DNA from: Octopus vulgaris
Lineage: Eukaryota
Assembly (NCBI GenBank): GCA_951406725.2
Contig: OX597816.1
Span: 49,910,001 to 49,974,000 of the forward strand
Direction of reading: 5' to 3'
DNA length: 64,000 nucleotides
The notes beneath the pieces were generated by a model. That model was not told where the DNA came from and made no database searches. It was given only the letters and a program-made list of their open reading frames with translations. Shown here piece by piece: positions 30,445 through 43,587 of this stretch. The number at the start of each line of letters is the position of its first letter. Within the stretch, counting starts at the first letter, position 1. The position numbers and the translations under genes were made by a program.

Positions 30445-31445
30445 ACTACATGAATATATCTTTTATTCGCTTGGACTTAAAAAAAGCAATGTCTGCATTT
30501 ATGTATTTGCCTATGTCTGTCTCTTTCTATCTATATGTACACATACGTACCTACATATAGGTCTAACTATATGTGTATATATATATACATATACATATAC
30601 ACGCACACACAAACATACTCAAATACACACACATGGGCGGGAGTGTTACAACATTGGGGAATTCGTTCGCGAATGAAATATATTGGGGATGTTTCGATAG
30701 TTTTTGTGCCGGAATTATGCATTCCGCATTATTTGAGATTCCGACGTCCGAAGTTTTCGCTTCACCAGATATTCATGTATGGGTATTTAGATATATATCA
30801 GTATTAGTGTAACGGATATTATTCCTACTATTCCGTCTGTGTCACAAACTGTTCATTACCATAATCAGATACCCAGTGTTCTGTATTTCCTATCTATATT
30901 AATCTTATATATGGACATAACTTCATTATGTTGAGAAATATATCTTTAATATTATTGTAACCAATAAGAACATACTTTTCAGGTTATAATATAACTTCAA
31001 CCCATTCATTATTAAGTTGTATCAGGATATATGAGACGTGTAGTACAAAATATGATAAAGAACATAAAATTATAGGTGCATATCAATATTTGTTATGACT
31101 ATATTTCCTGCAATATGTGAAGAAGTCGAAGAATTTCTCGAGAAACATGAATATATGGAGAAATTCCTTTGCATTTGGATTTTTTAAAAAATATTCTTAG
31201 CTGTGGAATCTTATTTTTCAAAATCTGTCAATATTGTATGAGCGTATGTTCTATAAAGATTACGCAGAATGTTGATTAATTAAACATTTCTAATTAAATT
31301 CTAAAATGAGGAAAATAATTTCAAAGTACTCAATTAATGCAACAGTTTTACATGAAGACAAAGTGGGGGTTGAGCTGGGGGCTGAGAGTTATAGGAATTA
31401 TCTTGAAAAAATATCAAGCATTTATAAAATTAAATGCTACTTTAC

Positions 31446-31490
31446 CTGTTCTATCCAGACATTTGTTGTCAGCACTTGGTTAACTTCATC
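31446..31490 (-). CDS. Internal 45-bp coding exon of a nicotinic acetylcholine receptor (Cys-loop) subunit: DEVNQVLTTNVWIEQ
   Basis: Minus strand: ctttatctattctcttccacag|GAT GAA GTT AAC CAA GTG CTG ACA ACA AAT GTC TGG ATA GAA CAG|gtaaa. Strong acceptor, GT donor, phase 0-0. Matches the conserved 45-nt DExNQxxxTNxW exon of nAChR genes. The subunit cannot be assigned. Confidence 0.87.
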
Positions 31491-33283
31491 CTGTGGAAGA
31501 GAATAGATAAAGAAATTGTTATTTAGTGCAATCAATGGTAATAAATTGATAATCTCTAGAATCTATTATATAAAATTTAATTGATTAACTGCATAATCAA
31601 TCATATGGCTTCCGGATAACATTCACTTTTATCAGAACTATAATTTATGCTAAGATAGAATTTTTCTAGCACTCAAAATGATAGCCAATCTTTTTACGAT
31701 TTTAATTTCTTTGGTGTTAGATGTTAAAAATAATCATTTAGAAAATGTCACCGCTGAATCATTGTGCAAACTTTGCTGTTATATCCTATTTCAGGGCAAA
31801 ACATTTTGAAATAATGTAAATTAATCGATAATACAAGACAGATTCATTTATGCTTTTGTTTTCATAATTAACGTTTCCTATAAAATTTTTCAAAATTTTC
31901 GTTTCGGAAGTTCAACGATACCTTACATTAATACTTTTTGATCTTGAATTTACCTTCAGGATTTCGCAAAGAAATAAATACCTTCTCTGTATTGTATCTT
32001 TCATTGGCATTGCTGAACTCGATGGAATACAGCATGATTTAATTTATCTTATTAGTTTATCGAAGTACTGGAGGGTGGTAGCAACCAAGTTATTGGTTGG
32101 CATCACCGTGAAGTTAAGCGAATAGGAGTGACGTTCATCTTCAACTGGTGTAGACTAATGTTTATTGAACATACTCATCCACGGACTGATTTTCTTTTCT
32201 GAGGAGTTGTGAAGACGAAGTATTGGATAAAGTAAATACACGTGCACAGAGTGTGTTAGAATATTTCAAAAGTAATTTTAGGTACACTAAATGATGAAAT
32301 TAGTAAAAAATCTTGATTGCAGGTTAGTCGATTAGTATGTAGCCAAATTTTGACGAGCTGGCAGGTAGTTTTTGTTTGTATATGTAAAAGCGCTCTATCT
32401 CTGATATGTAAAGAGCAATATAGTTCTACGAGTTTTTTATAGAGTAGCGTATTACACCGGATGTGCTATCCGGTTCATAATAGTATATGTGGTAGTAATT
32501 AAATATTTATTTCTAATTTGGAGATCACTCTAATCGAAATTTATAAGACTTGTTAATTATTAAACATTTAGAAATTTGTATATGCGAGTTGTATTTAATG
32601 CAAGATGCTTTGTCTGATATCTATTGCAACTGAGTGTTAGTTTTCTGAAAGGCAATAGCAGAAGCGCTTCTCCGAATTTCGGATATTTTCAAAAAAGAAT
32701 AAAAACTATAAAAAAATATAGAAGAAAGCATACAATTTAAAAATAAAATGTTTATGTTAATTGTAACTATCCAATATATTCTGAATATTAATGAGAAGGA
32801 AAGCTTGATATCCGATATGAAATGGTATGGAAGTAGTTTATTCTACTGAAAGTAGATCTAAAATCTGAGTCATCTGACAATAGGTATCAAGATGACTACG
32901 AAACAATGAGGGAGTTTCCGGAGTCTATTTACATGAAATAATAGCACCCAAAGCTCTCTACATGCTTCAATAATCAAATAATGTGGCCCTAAGTGTCCGT
33001 AAAAAGATGGGTTTGTCATACTTTGAATGAGTATAATCAAATGTGTGCTTAATTATGAACTTGGACCAGAAGAACAACGAAAATATTGTCTGACTAAATA
33101 CCATTTATCTTGTTAAGTGCAATGAAAAAATTTCTAAGATGGCTATCTGCAGAATTTGTTGTCCGATTCGAATAAAAGTAAACAATGCCATACATAACTG
33201 TTACCTTGGTTGAGGCACTAAAAATTAGAGATTGAGATATTCTGGAGTCTAGTTATCACCTGATATTCTGTATAATATAATAC

Positions 33284-33480
33284 GGTGAGTCGGCGGAAAC
33301 CTCAACCCGCCGACAAGTTCTTAGCGGCGTCTCACCTGTATTTACGTTCTGAGTTCAAATGCCGCTAAAGTCGACATTGAAAGCATCTTTCTTTCGAAGT
33401 TAATAAAACAAAGTCTCAGTCGATGATAACAACTCACCCTCTCCATTAAACTTTCAAGCCTGGTGTATATAATTGAAAGG
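33284..33480 (+). mobile_element. SINE family B, old diverged copy
   Basis: TTTACGTTCTGAGTTCAAATGCCGCTAAAGTCGAC with a degenerate head and tail. Confidence 0.7.
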
Positions 33481-34004
33481 GTATTCTGTATATTATTATA
33501 CAATATAACATACTGTTATATATGTATATTTTATATTAAGAAAAAGAGGAAAATACTTAAATAGCTTAAGTTTTCAACACGACTGCATAAAGCGATGATA
33601 TTTGTCTCCATTTTGGATACAATCTATGTCTCGAGATTTTGTGCTTATTTAAAATCGAGACGAGCACCTTGCTTCCATATGATCGGCTTGAAAAATTGTT
33701 AAGATATTAAGAATTGTTTTTATCTTTACTTGAAATCAATGGTAACATTAATTCACAAATAACGTAATTTTATCCACCAATGCATGCGTGAGTATACGTT
33801 TTCATCGTCCTACATTTACGTATACATATATATGCATACTGAAAGCAAGCCGTGATGCAGTACGACTATTTCAAGCGGCTACATATAATTGAACAAATTG
33901 TAGCCAGTCGAGCACATAAATATAATATTTTAACAGAGCAAGAAGATGGAAGAAATCCAAGTTGTCGCTATTCTAGCTAAGAATAGACTACGCTTCCAAG
34001 AAAG

Positions 34005-34124
34005 TAGTATTTATTCTATCGGTCTCTTTTGCCGAACCGCTAAGTTACAGGGACTTAAACACATCAGCAACTGTTGTCAAGCGATGTTGGGGGGACAAAC
34101 ACAGACACACAAACATACACACAC

Positions 34125-34221
<97 letters not shown>

Positions 34222-34365
34222 CATATATATATATATATATATACATGTATACAACGGGCTTCTTTCAGTTTCTGTCTTTGAAATCCACTCCCAAGTCTTT
34301 GGCCGGCCCGAGGCTATAGTAGAAGACACTTGCCCAAGGTGCCACGCAGTGGGACTGAACCTGAA
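34005..34365 (-). mobile_element. SINE family A, truncated at both ends
   Basis: Aligns to the family A body including the internal (CA)n(TA)n. Confidence 0.9.
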
Positions 34366-36289
34366 TTACGTCTGCTTTAGTGATCACATGAATTTATGTT
34401 ACATATTTATAGTGCAGCCATGTCTGTAATTAAACAAAAAACGGTACGATGAGATCAATACAGCAACGTGAAGTACAATCTTCAATAATTTTATTTGCAT
34501 TTGTATCATAATTAACTTTTAATTGATAGGAGAGTCAATTATGGTAATACTCTTTTGAAAGAACTAAAATATGTGTTGCAGTTCCCGAAGGTTAAAAAAC
34601 AGGTAGTATTTTATCAGATTCTGTTTCGTATTACTATTTGCAAAGAGAAAATGGTGTGCACATAATTTTACATTATTATCATCACTATATCAAAAGTTCA
34701 GTAAAGCAGACGCAAACAGCGAGGCCTTTTGACATTAAGTATGAATATATTTTAATAATACTTATGGGATATGCATAATTTTGTTTCAAGCTAAACGTTT
34801 TTGCACACTCGTATAAAGAGACCAATATTGCTATTAATATAAACAAAGTCTGCTTTTAACACTGAGAAGTCTTCCGTGATCATGAACATGGAAACAGACA
34901 AAGGTTAGGCTTTAACATTCATTTCATAATTATTCGGCTTTGATGTTTTAACGGAATATAATAGAATAACTACTGATATTTTAGATATGAGTAATACAGA
35001 TATGCGCAAAAAGAATTACAGTCCAATGTAATAGTTTAATTTTATGGCAAGAAAATGCAAGATCAAGTCCGATGCATTTGAATTTTGAACGCTGGCGAAC
35101 GAAACCCTGTATATCCCGTGTATTTCCCGATGCCTATATATCTAGGGATGAAAATACTTCCTAATTAATTTCTCAGAGACGCAACATTTGTGCGGAATGC
35201 ATAGTCCACTATAGTCAGCTTTAACATGTACTTATCATAGTGAACACAGAATCATAGCAAGGACTTCGCCCTGTGCTATCTAATTTGATACCGCAAAGGA
35301 AAGCAAAACCGTAAAGTAATTTGTTTAGCGCATTACCGATACTTCTTTTCATAGATAATATTTTAAAAACTATTGTTTCTTTATTATTAAGCTCGATTGG
35401 TTTTGAAACTGGAAAAAATACATATGTAAATCAGATTTTTAGAAAACAAGCTATAACGAAATTTGTTGAATTGAATATAGAATATTAAAAATATTTTTTT
35501 TTTACATATTTATAAATGCCATTAGAGGCACGTTTCCTTAATGTTATTTGCAATCAATACTTCTATTACTGTCTTATACATTCATACGTATAACCAATTT
35601 CAAAGTTAAACTGTTACTGTTTGCAGTAGATTCATTCTTCTTCTTTTCGTTTTTGAAATAGCTGTAAATTTCATGAAACTTAATATGCATAAATGCATTT
35701 TCATTAGATCATTTCAGATACCTACACTAATGCATTATATTTTACATACTTCAGTTAGTTAGGGCTTTTCTACGTGGTAGCGTAATTTGCTAGATATAGC
35801 AGCCATATCTTAAAAATATTCTGATCCATCTAAAAAAATGTCACATTGAAAAAGTAATCTTATACTACAAAATTCTGTTCTGTTAAGGCTGGAGGACCGT
35901 TGAAACTTTTATTGTAGCTTACTCGATCAGCGTTGATTTAGTGCACGTTTTGGGTTGTCTGATAAATTCCTTCAGTTAGTTACATTGTATTTTCAATTAA
36001 CACAAAAATAAGATCATGTTTTATAGGTGTTTTGTTTCGGCTTTATGCATTCTTCTATACTTTTTGTTTATTGTTTTTGGAGTTTAAATAAACGTTTCAA
36101 TCATATAACGAGGGAGTGCCAAGTGGTAGAAAATTGAACAGTTTCGACAGATTCTATCCGTTTTCAATCTACGTTCCACTGATAACAAAAGAAAGTTTTA
36201 TGCTCAGTTGGGAAAAGTTGCTTTACCTGATCTGCCAAGAAATGATCTCTTACTCTTCAAGGAGAGATGAGTGAAATTCATAGACTCTC

Positions 36290-36930
36290 GGCAGTACAAA
36301 TAACTGTTCTGTAAAATGTGGCTTGAGTGCAAAATCTTATTCACTAAGATCAGCGCCAATCCACTAAGGAATTGACCTATGAGAAGGATGCTTTCAATAT
36401 ACTGTGACCCGCTAATTTCACTGGATGGGTGGGTTCCACAAGCTTTGAATGAGTATCAAACACTAGCACTACTCAATCGACGCCATGTTTCGCGTCCGAC
36501 ACCAGGTTACTCGTGGACTCAAATAGCAATTTATTTACCACATTGTCACCGGTGTTGAAAAAGTTGTCTTTTGGTCAATTTGAAATAAAGGGAAGAATAT
36601 TTTGCGCATCATCAACTAAGGGAGCAACTCGAGGCTATCCAGATACTCATACATGCCAGAAAATGATGATCGTTTGGTTGGATTAAGGAGGATTAATCCA
36701 CTACAAAATGGGTGAAGAAAATAAAGTATACTGTCAATGCAGTGTTTTACGTCCAGCAAATGTACCGGCTCAATGAGGCAATCTAGCTGAAAGTATACGG
36801 CACGCTTCTTCAGTGCGATAACGATGGTCTCTACGTTGCTAATTTGACCAAAAATGCTATTCAAGAGATCAGTTGTAAAATAGAATCTACTTAAGCGAGA
36901 AGATGTGGACGCAATACCAATAATCATAGG
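36290..36930 (+). pseudogene. Decayed mariner (DD34D-type) transposase
   Basis: Fragments FIYHIVTGVEK (IVTGDEK), KMMIVWLD*GGLIHY, TVNAVFYVQQMYRLNEAI and LLQCDNDGLYVANLTKNAIQE (LHDNARPHVA) occur in order at about 36530-36885. Outer limits are approximate. Confidence 0.8.
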
Positions 36931-37298
36931 ATAGAAAGGAAGTAAAGAGACAAAAGTGAAGAAAATAAAGTATCAGAATAAGTGAGAGAGAGAAGATAGA
37001 GAGAAATAAAACGAGAAAAGGAAGAGAGAATGGGAGCGATGGAGAGAAAGAGAGAGAGATAATATGAATGTGTGTGGGTTATATGAAATGGGAAAGAATG
37101 TATATAGAAAGAATGTACTTGAGAGAGAGAGAGAGAGGGGAAGAAAGCAGGAGTGATAGAGGGAGAGAAGGGGAGAAAGTGAAAGAATGGGCGACAAGAA
37201 AAGAGTTAGGAGAGAGAGAGAGAGAGACAGAGAGACAGAGAGAGAGTGAAACCAAACACATTTCAGCAAATAGAAAACACATATTCTGTTACATAACT

Positions 37299-37332
37299 GG
37301 TTTCAGCCTTTAAGCTGCGGCCACGCTGGGGC
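37299..37332 (-). mobile_element. Ultra-short CR1 LINE 3' tail
   Basis: Reverse complement GCCCCAGCGTGGCCGCAGCTTAAAGGCTGAAAC. Confidence 0.6.
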
Positions 37333-37353
37333 TTTATATTCAGTGGATTTAAT

Positions 37354-37675
37354 TGAATTTTATCGTCCAAATTATTTTACACTTAACTTGCATTATCGAG
37401 ACCATTTTTCGTATACAGAACCGTGTATGGGATGGATAAATTGGGCCTGTCGCAATGTCACATAAAATCGCACACGGATATGCGTACACACAACGGCTTG
37501 AATATGAATATTCAATATGAATTTTATCGTCCAAATTATTCTACACTTAACTTGCATTATCGAGACCATTTTTCGTATACAGAACCGTGTATGGGATGGA
37601 TAAATTGGGCCTGTCGCAATGTCACATAAAATCGCACACGGATATGCGTACACACAACGGCTTGAATATGAATAT
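37354..37675. repeat. 164-bp tandem duplication, near identical
   Basis: 37354-37517 is repeated from 37518. Confidence 0.93.
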
Positions 37676-37903
37676 ATATATATATATAAGTACGGTGGTC
37701 GTTGTCTATTCCACATGCAACGATTGACTATCTCCTCTACCTACACCTTAGAATCATCATGGTATCTGATATGGTTTTGTAAAATCAAACAATGTTCTGA
37801 AAAGACACCCACATAGATTGCATATCCGATTTGGGCCGCCAAGAGCTGCAGGAAAATTCTGATCTTTTTGGATCTAAAAATGTCTTTTAAGGCCTCCGTT
37901 GGA

Positions 37904-38093
37904 TTTACAAACCTTCTGGCGTTCATCCATTCAAAGGTGTGCATAAACAAACAAGAAAAATAGGTGGTGGAGGTTCGTTTTCCTTGGGTTCGCATATGAG
38001 ATTTGAACCCATGGAAAACAAACTTCCACCACATATTCTGCCTTTATATCTGTGCACACCTTTGAATGTAATGTATGCCAGAAAGTTTGCAAA
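37904..38093. repeat. Imperfect inverted repeat, ~90-bp arms, ~13-bp loop
   Basis: CATTCAAAGGTGTGCA / TGCACACCTTTGAATG and GTTTTCCTTGGGTTC / GAACCCATGGAAAAC pair across the centre. Confidence 0.85.
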
Positions 38094-38459
38094 CTGTGCA
38101 CACAAAAAGGTCATTGTGATTCCCCTTCTCTATCGTAGCATACTTCCTTAAACCTCTTCAGTCTTGCATGCTTTATTCTGGCCTCTTCAAACGCTTCCAA
38201 TCCACTCCATACTTTTATTCGCTATCCAGCTCGTTCCAAAGCAAGTTTGATACTTTCTATAGCATCGTGGAATCTTTGCAATACATACATTCATACATTG
38301 ATGCATGCAACAATATGAATGTGTGCATATATATATATATATGTATATGTATATACGTGTATATGGTTATATGTATTTGAATACTTCTATGCATGTATGT
38401 ATACATCTATATCTATATATATATGTGTATACATTCATACATGTCTATGCGTCTGTGTT

Positions 38460-38525
<66 letters not shown>

Positions 38526-38830
38526 AGTATGTATGTATAAAGTCTGTTGGAGGTGAAGCTGTGGTATTTCCAGAGAAGCACTCGGCACGAACACCGGGCT
38601 ATCAACATTTGAGATCCAAACCAAGGCCGTTCTAAAAGAAAAGTTACGTAATATATTCGGTTTCTGGGCATTGGCGAGGCACTACTTCAGACTTTCATGA
38701 AAATCATGGTATTATATTGTGCATCTATCAGACCTTATTTTTATGAAAGTATCGGGAGGAAAGAAATGGGAAGAAAAATTAAAATGCGTATGCGAGTATA
38801 TTATTATTATCATTATTATTATTATTATTA

Positions 38831-39802
38831 CTTTTTTTTTTCTTTCAAATTTGCTTCCATTTCTTGCCGAGTGTCTTCCCGACTCCTAGGGCAAAGAAAC
38901 TCATAGTATACATTGGTAGGCCATTAAACCAAACTCAGTAGTTCGTTCATTTTTTTTTTTTTAAAGTTAAATTAAAAATACATGAGCAGCAACAGTTCTC
39001 ACATCGACAATGCTCTTCTCAATACGTGTGATGTACCAGTTAAGACAATCTTTTGCACTTCTTGCAGGGATGGTAAGCCAGGGATCATTCTCATATAATT
39101 TTCGGTTCCCTTCTTGATCATTCCTAGTGCTCCTACGATCACTGGTATTGTAACCGCCTTGAGATGCCACATTTTCTCAATTTCAATGAGTAGGTCTTTA
39201 TATTTTCTGAGCTTGTCAAACTCTTTCGCTGAGATATTATGATCACAGAGGATGCTCATGTGGATCAATAAGCAAACTTTATTGTTTTGATCTTTCTCAA
39301 CAATATCTGATTTATTGGCCTTGATGGTTCGGTCTGTATGTACTGGAAAGTCCCACAGAATGGTTACATTTTTCTCCTTCAGTTACAGCCTCAGGGTGGT
39401 GATTATACCACTTGTCGGTAGTTTTGATATTGTAATGCCGACTTATTAGCCAGTGGAGATATTGGCCAACTCTGTCATGTCTTAATTTATACTCCACTGG
39501 TGCTAAGACTTTACATCCAGAGATTAGGTGGTCCACTGTTTCAATCATGTCGTTGCAGAATCGGCATTTTGGGTCTGCTCCATTTTTCATCACATTGGCC
39601 TGGTAGTTCCGGGTTAATAGGCTTTGATCTTGAGCAGCCAGGATGAAACCTTCGCTCTCTGCTTTTAGCCCTGAGCTCCGTAGCCACTGATGGGTTTGCT
39701 TCTGGTCAACATCAGCTTGTTTGCTGCGGGTCACATATTTGCCGTGCAGAGGTTTCTCCTTCCACCTATCAGCCAATTGCTCGTGCGCTTTCTTCATTGC
39801 CA

Positions 39803-39803
<1 letters not shown>
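38831..39803 (-). mobile_element. R4/Dong-clade non-LTR retrotransposon, 5'-truncated, inserted in (TAA)n
   Basis: C-terminal ORF region with WKEKPLHG, AAQDQ, CCHC knuckle CRFC..ETVDHLISGC, RHD, ILWD and a restriction-like endonuclease region (K..KY.DL, PVIVGALG). A-rich 3' end, with (TAA)n on both flanks. Confidence 0.9.
38999..39803 (-). pseudogene. Zinc knuckle plus restriction-like endonuclease fragment, frameshifted
   Basis: +1 frameshift near 39370. The expected PD reads SD (ANKSDIV) and the second Asp reads His (LLIHMS). Confidence 0.85.
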
Positions 39804-39863
<60 letters not shown>

Positions 39864-39877
39864 GATCATTATTATTA

Positions 39878-40130
39878 TTTATTCAAGGCACTGTCTGGAA
39901 TTGAACTCAGAATCTTGGGTTTCGTAGCCCACACTCTTAATCGTTATATAACATCAGCAAAAATACCTTATGAATGAGAACCCAGGGCGGGGTTCAAAAT
40001 TCTACCTGGACACCTGATGAAGGCTGAAGAGGAAATCAGCCGACATTTTTGGTAACAACAAACAAGATGAGGACACAAACAACAAACAAGATGAGTTTAC
40101 TCCAATGTAAACAATGTAAATAATGTATAT
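39878..40130. mobile_element. Composite element: tRNA-like head (minus) joined to a decayed hammerhead / pLTR segment (plus)
   Basis: 39885-39945 minus reads GATTAAGAG TGTGGGCTACGAAACCCA AGATT CTGAG TTCAATT CCAG. 40014-40050 plus reads CTGATGA-A-GGCTGA..TCAGCC-GACAT. Confidence 0.55.
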
Positions 40131-40659
40131 ACATAAATATATTGATATATTGTAGGTAGCGGGTTGTATTTATATTGCTATACCTACATTTATCACACAC
40201 TCTGGGTAGAAGCAGAAAGGGCTTCATCGGAGTAAGTTGAATAATTCTACTCCACATTACACACGGTGTACTCCCCCGCCACAGACACCTCCACAAACAT
40301 ACGCACATTCCAGAAAATAGTTGAATCAGAGAAATGTTCAAGTGGGCTGCATCAGCAAATAGTAATACATTGTGAAACAACTTCGCTGTTTGAACTATAA
40401 ATATATTTATTTTCTGTGCGTTACTAAAAGGCGAAAATCACGTTTCTAAGTTTAAAAGCCAGATATCATGTTCTGCAAACTAACAATTACCATTTGCAAT
40501 TAAAATCATGATTGGTTACTGAAGGATATTATGTTTGATAGTGGCTGTTTTGACTGAAAATGTAGAGTCCAGGGAATTTGTATATATTCATTTCGATCTA
40601 TCTATATATTTTACGTAAGTATATAAATATATATATATATGTATATATGCATGTATGTA

Positions 40660-40723
<64 letters not shown>

Positions 40724-40725
<2 letters not shown>

Positions 40726-41340
40726 GGGTGTGTAAGATATTGGCAGACAGATTTATGTTTATACAAAAAAACAGCTATATATTAACAGATAACTTTATTT
40801 ATCAAAAAGTGCCTTGAGGAATAAAAATAAACCTTCTTTTCTATAATGTTATTCAATAAACCTACCTTCGGCTTCAACAAGTGATTCCTATATGGGAGTG
40901 AAATCATGTATACGCTCGAATCAAGGGGTCTTGGATCATTTGGGACATTACTCTATCCACGGCAGCTTTCAAAGTATCTCTGGTATTATGCGCGAGTTCA
41001 TTGACCTCTCTCCAACGGTTTGAGATCCGGGGAATTAAGAGGCAAAATGTTAGCGGCATGGGATCATGGAAATTTTCAGCCATCCATTCCTCTGTTACTA
41101 GAGCCATGTGCGATAGTGCAGGTTCTTATGGAAACACATATGACCTTCCATTGCAAACACTTTCTATCTAGGTCTTTTCAATTATTTCCAGGACCTCAAA
41201 TTAGGCGGCAACGTAAACTCTAAGACCTTGTGGAAAGAAATAAAGCGCCATCATATGTCCTTCATTGCTGACAACCCCTAAAACCATAACAGTTGCAGGA
41301 TATTTTGAATGCATAATGCTTGAAACTTCAAAAGGGTTTG
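40724..41340 (-). pseudogene. Decayed Tc1/mariner-superfamily (maT/DD37D-like) transposase, 3' half plus terminus
   Basis: MHSKYPATVMVLGVVSNEGH, FFPQGLRV, SHMALVTEEWMAENF, PLNSPDLKPL and HNTRDTLKAAVDRVM, with stops and frameshifts. Ends in CAGGGTG next to a (TA)n tract. Confidence 0.8.
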
Positions 41341-41420
41341 CCCTACCATTCCTAGTTTTAACATTTTGATCTTGGTCGAAGTTTTTCCTGTTGGAAGAAA
41401 ACCAAAAACAAATCTGCTGC

Positions 41421-41498
41421 TACACTTTTCAGTTTTTTGTTGTTGTTGTTACAATTATTATTATTATTATTATTATTGTTGCTGTTATTATTATTATT

Positions 41499-41536
<38 letters not shown>

Positions 41537-41656
41537 CATATGTGTATACATATGTATATATAGTCAAATACATACATATATACATACATGCACAGAAGCA
41601 TGTATGTATATATGTATGTATTTGACTATATATACATATGTATACACATATGTATG

Positions 41657-41706
<50 letters not shown>

Positions 41707-41769
41707 AACAGCAACAACAACAATAATAATAATAATTGTAACAACAACAACAAAAAACTGAAAAGTGTA
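41421..41769. repeat. Near-perfect palindrome, ~170-bp arms, 6-bp loop
   Basis: 41421-41591 is the reverse complement of 41598-41769. Loop ACAGAA. Confidence 0.93.
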
Positions 41770-41964
41770 TATATATATGCTTCCGTGCGTGTGTGTGTAT
41801 ACATATATATGTAAGTACTTGTGCGTATGCTTATCTAATTAAATTCTTTAAATTCCTTGTAGTTAATAAAGTACTGGTTTCTACGGTAAAAGAAATTTAC
41901 AATACTAGAAATTAGAAATACTTTCCAGTATTGCAGTCCATGGTTATGTTGTTGCATGAAAAGA

Positions 41965-42170
41965 AGCACAAGCATGACTGTGATAAGAAGCTTGCTTCCA
42001 AGTCCCAGACATTCGGTTTGTTGTCACTGCGTGAAACTTGGTACAGTGTCTTCTACCGAAGCCCTATGTATGGACTTGGCAGACGGAAACCGAAAGGATC
42101 CCATTGTGTATGTGTTTATGTATGTATGCATGCATGCATTTCTATATGTTTATAAAGATGCATGTATATA

Positions 42171-42266
<96 letters not shown>

Positions 42267-42480
42267 CAGATGCGCGTGTGTGTGCGTGCGTGCGCATTTA
42301 TATGTATGTGTACGTCCCTGTGTTTGTGTCTGTCAACCCACCGCTTGATAATTTACCTTCGTATGCATACCTCATAGTAACTTAGCGTGCAGGCAATCGA
42401 AAAAGCATTGAACATGTAATATAGAAACGAAAAAACGAAAAAACGAAGGGCTGAGGTCACTTGATTTGATTAAAGTCTGC
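41965..42480 (+). mobile_element. SINE family A, old diverged copy
   Basis: AAGAAGCTTGCTTCC, GGCAGACGGAAACCGAAAG, internal (TA)n and CCGCTTGATA..GTAACTTAGCG. Confidence 0.7.
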
Positions 42481-43410
42481 ATGACACTCACCCAGAGAAA
42501 ATATAATAGATAAGGTTACATCAATCGTGGTCAAGTTTCTTCCTAAAGCGCACAAAAAATTTCAATTCTACTTCATGCTACAAAGTGCTTTTTGGAGAAA
42601 TATCAGTGCTGTAAGGAATATTCATTGTGAAATGAAAGCTTTAAATTTGGACAGGCGATACAGTAGTCATCATGGCTGACAGCAAACGTGATCCAATTCC
42701 AGTACTCGATGATACAAATCTATCTTATCTCCTATATGATTTATATATGAGTATGTTCGAATGTATGCACATATGTATACGTGAGTTACCAGTGTGCGTA
42801 CGCATGTGCTTTAGAATTTTCCGAAGGCAGGAAATAACTTAAGGAAAGTAAATATACAAGAAAGTATTAGGAAGTTCTACAGCAAAAAATAACTGAACAC
42901 TGTTAGAAAAACAAGAGACATTTTGAGTAATAGTGTACTCGGTCAGTATCTGTCTCATTACGTGCGTTTGATTGTGTATGTGTTTGTAGATGTAAGCTTC
43001 TATGTCTCTGTGAGTGTACGGCTGTTTTAATTTTCGCTAATAATTTGAAGAAAATTGTAAAGCTATCGATAATGTAATTTCCGTTGGTTTGATGAAAATG
43101 TTTAATCAATTGAACGAATGAATATCTATGTTCTGTCATGTCTTAGGAAAAATAAACTAACCTTTATATCTCTATTGTTATACGATTAGAAAACAACACA
43201 TATATTCTGGTTGTTTATTTCACCTATAACCCAAGAGGTAGATTATAAATATTTAAATTTTGGAGATAGGAGTGTAAGTGGACATAACCTACATGCAATA
43301 AAAAAAACAATCAACAGCCAATACACTACTAATATATGGTTGGCATTCTACCTAAATGAACACAAAATTTATGTACGATTATTCTCTCTCTCATTCGCTC
43401 TCTCTCTCTC

Positions 43411-43496
<86 letters not shown>

Positions 43497-43529
43497 TATA
43501 TGTATATAAATATATATATATATATATAT

Positions 43530-43587
<58 letters not shown>

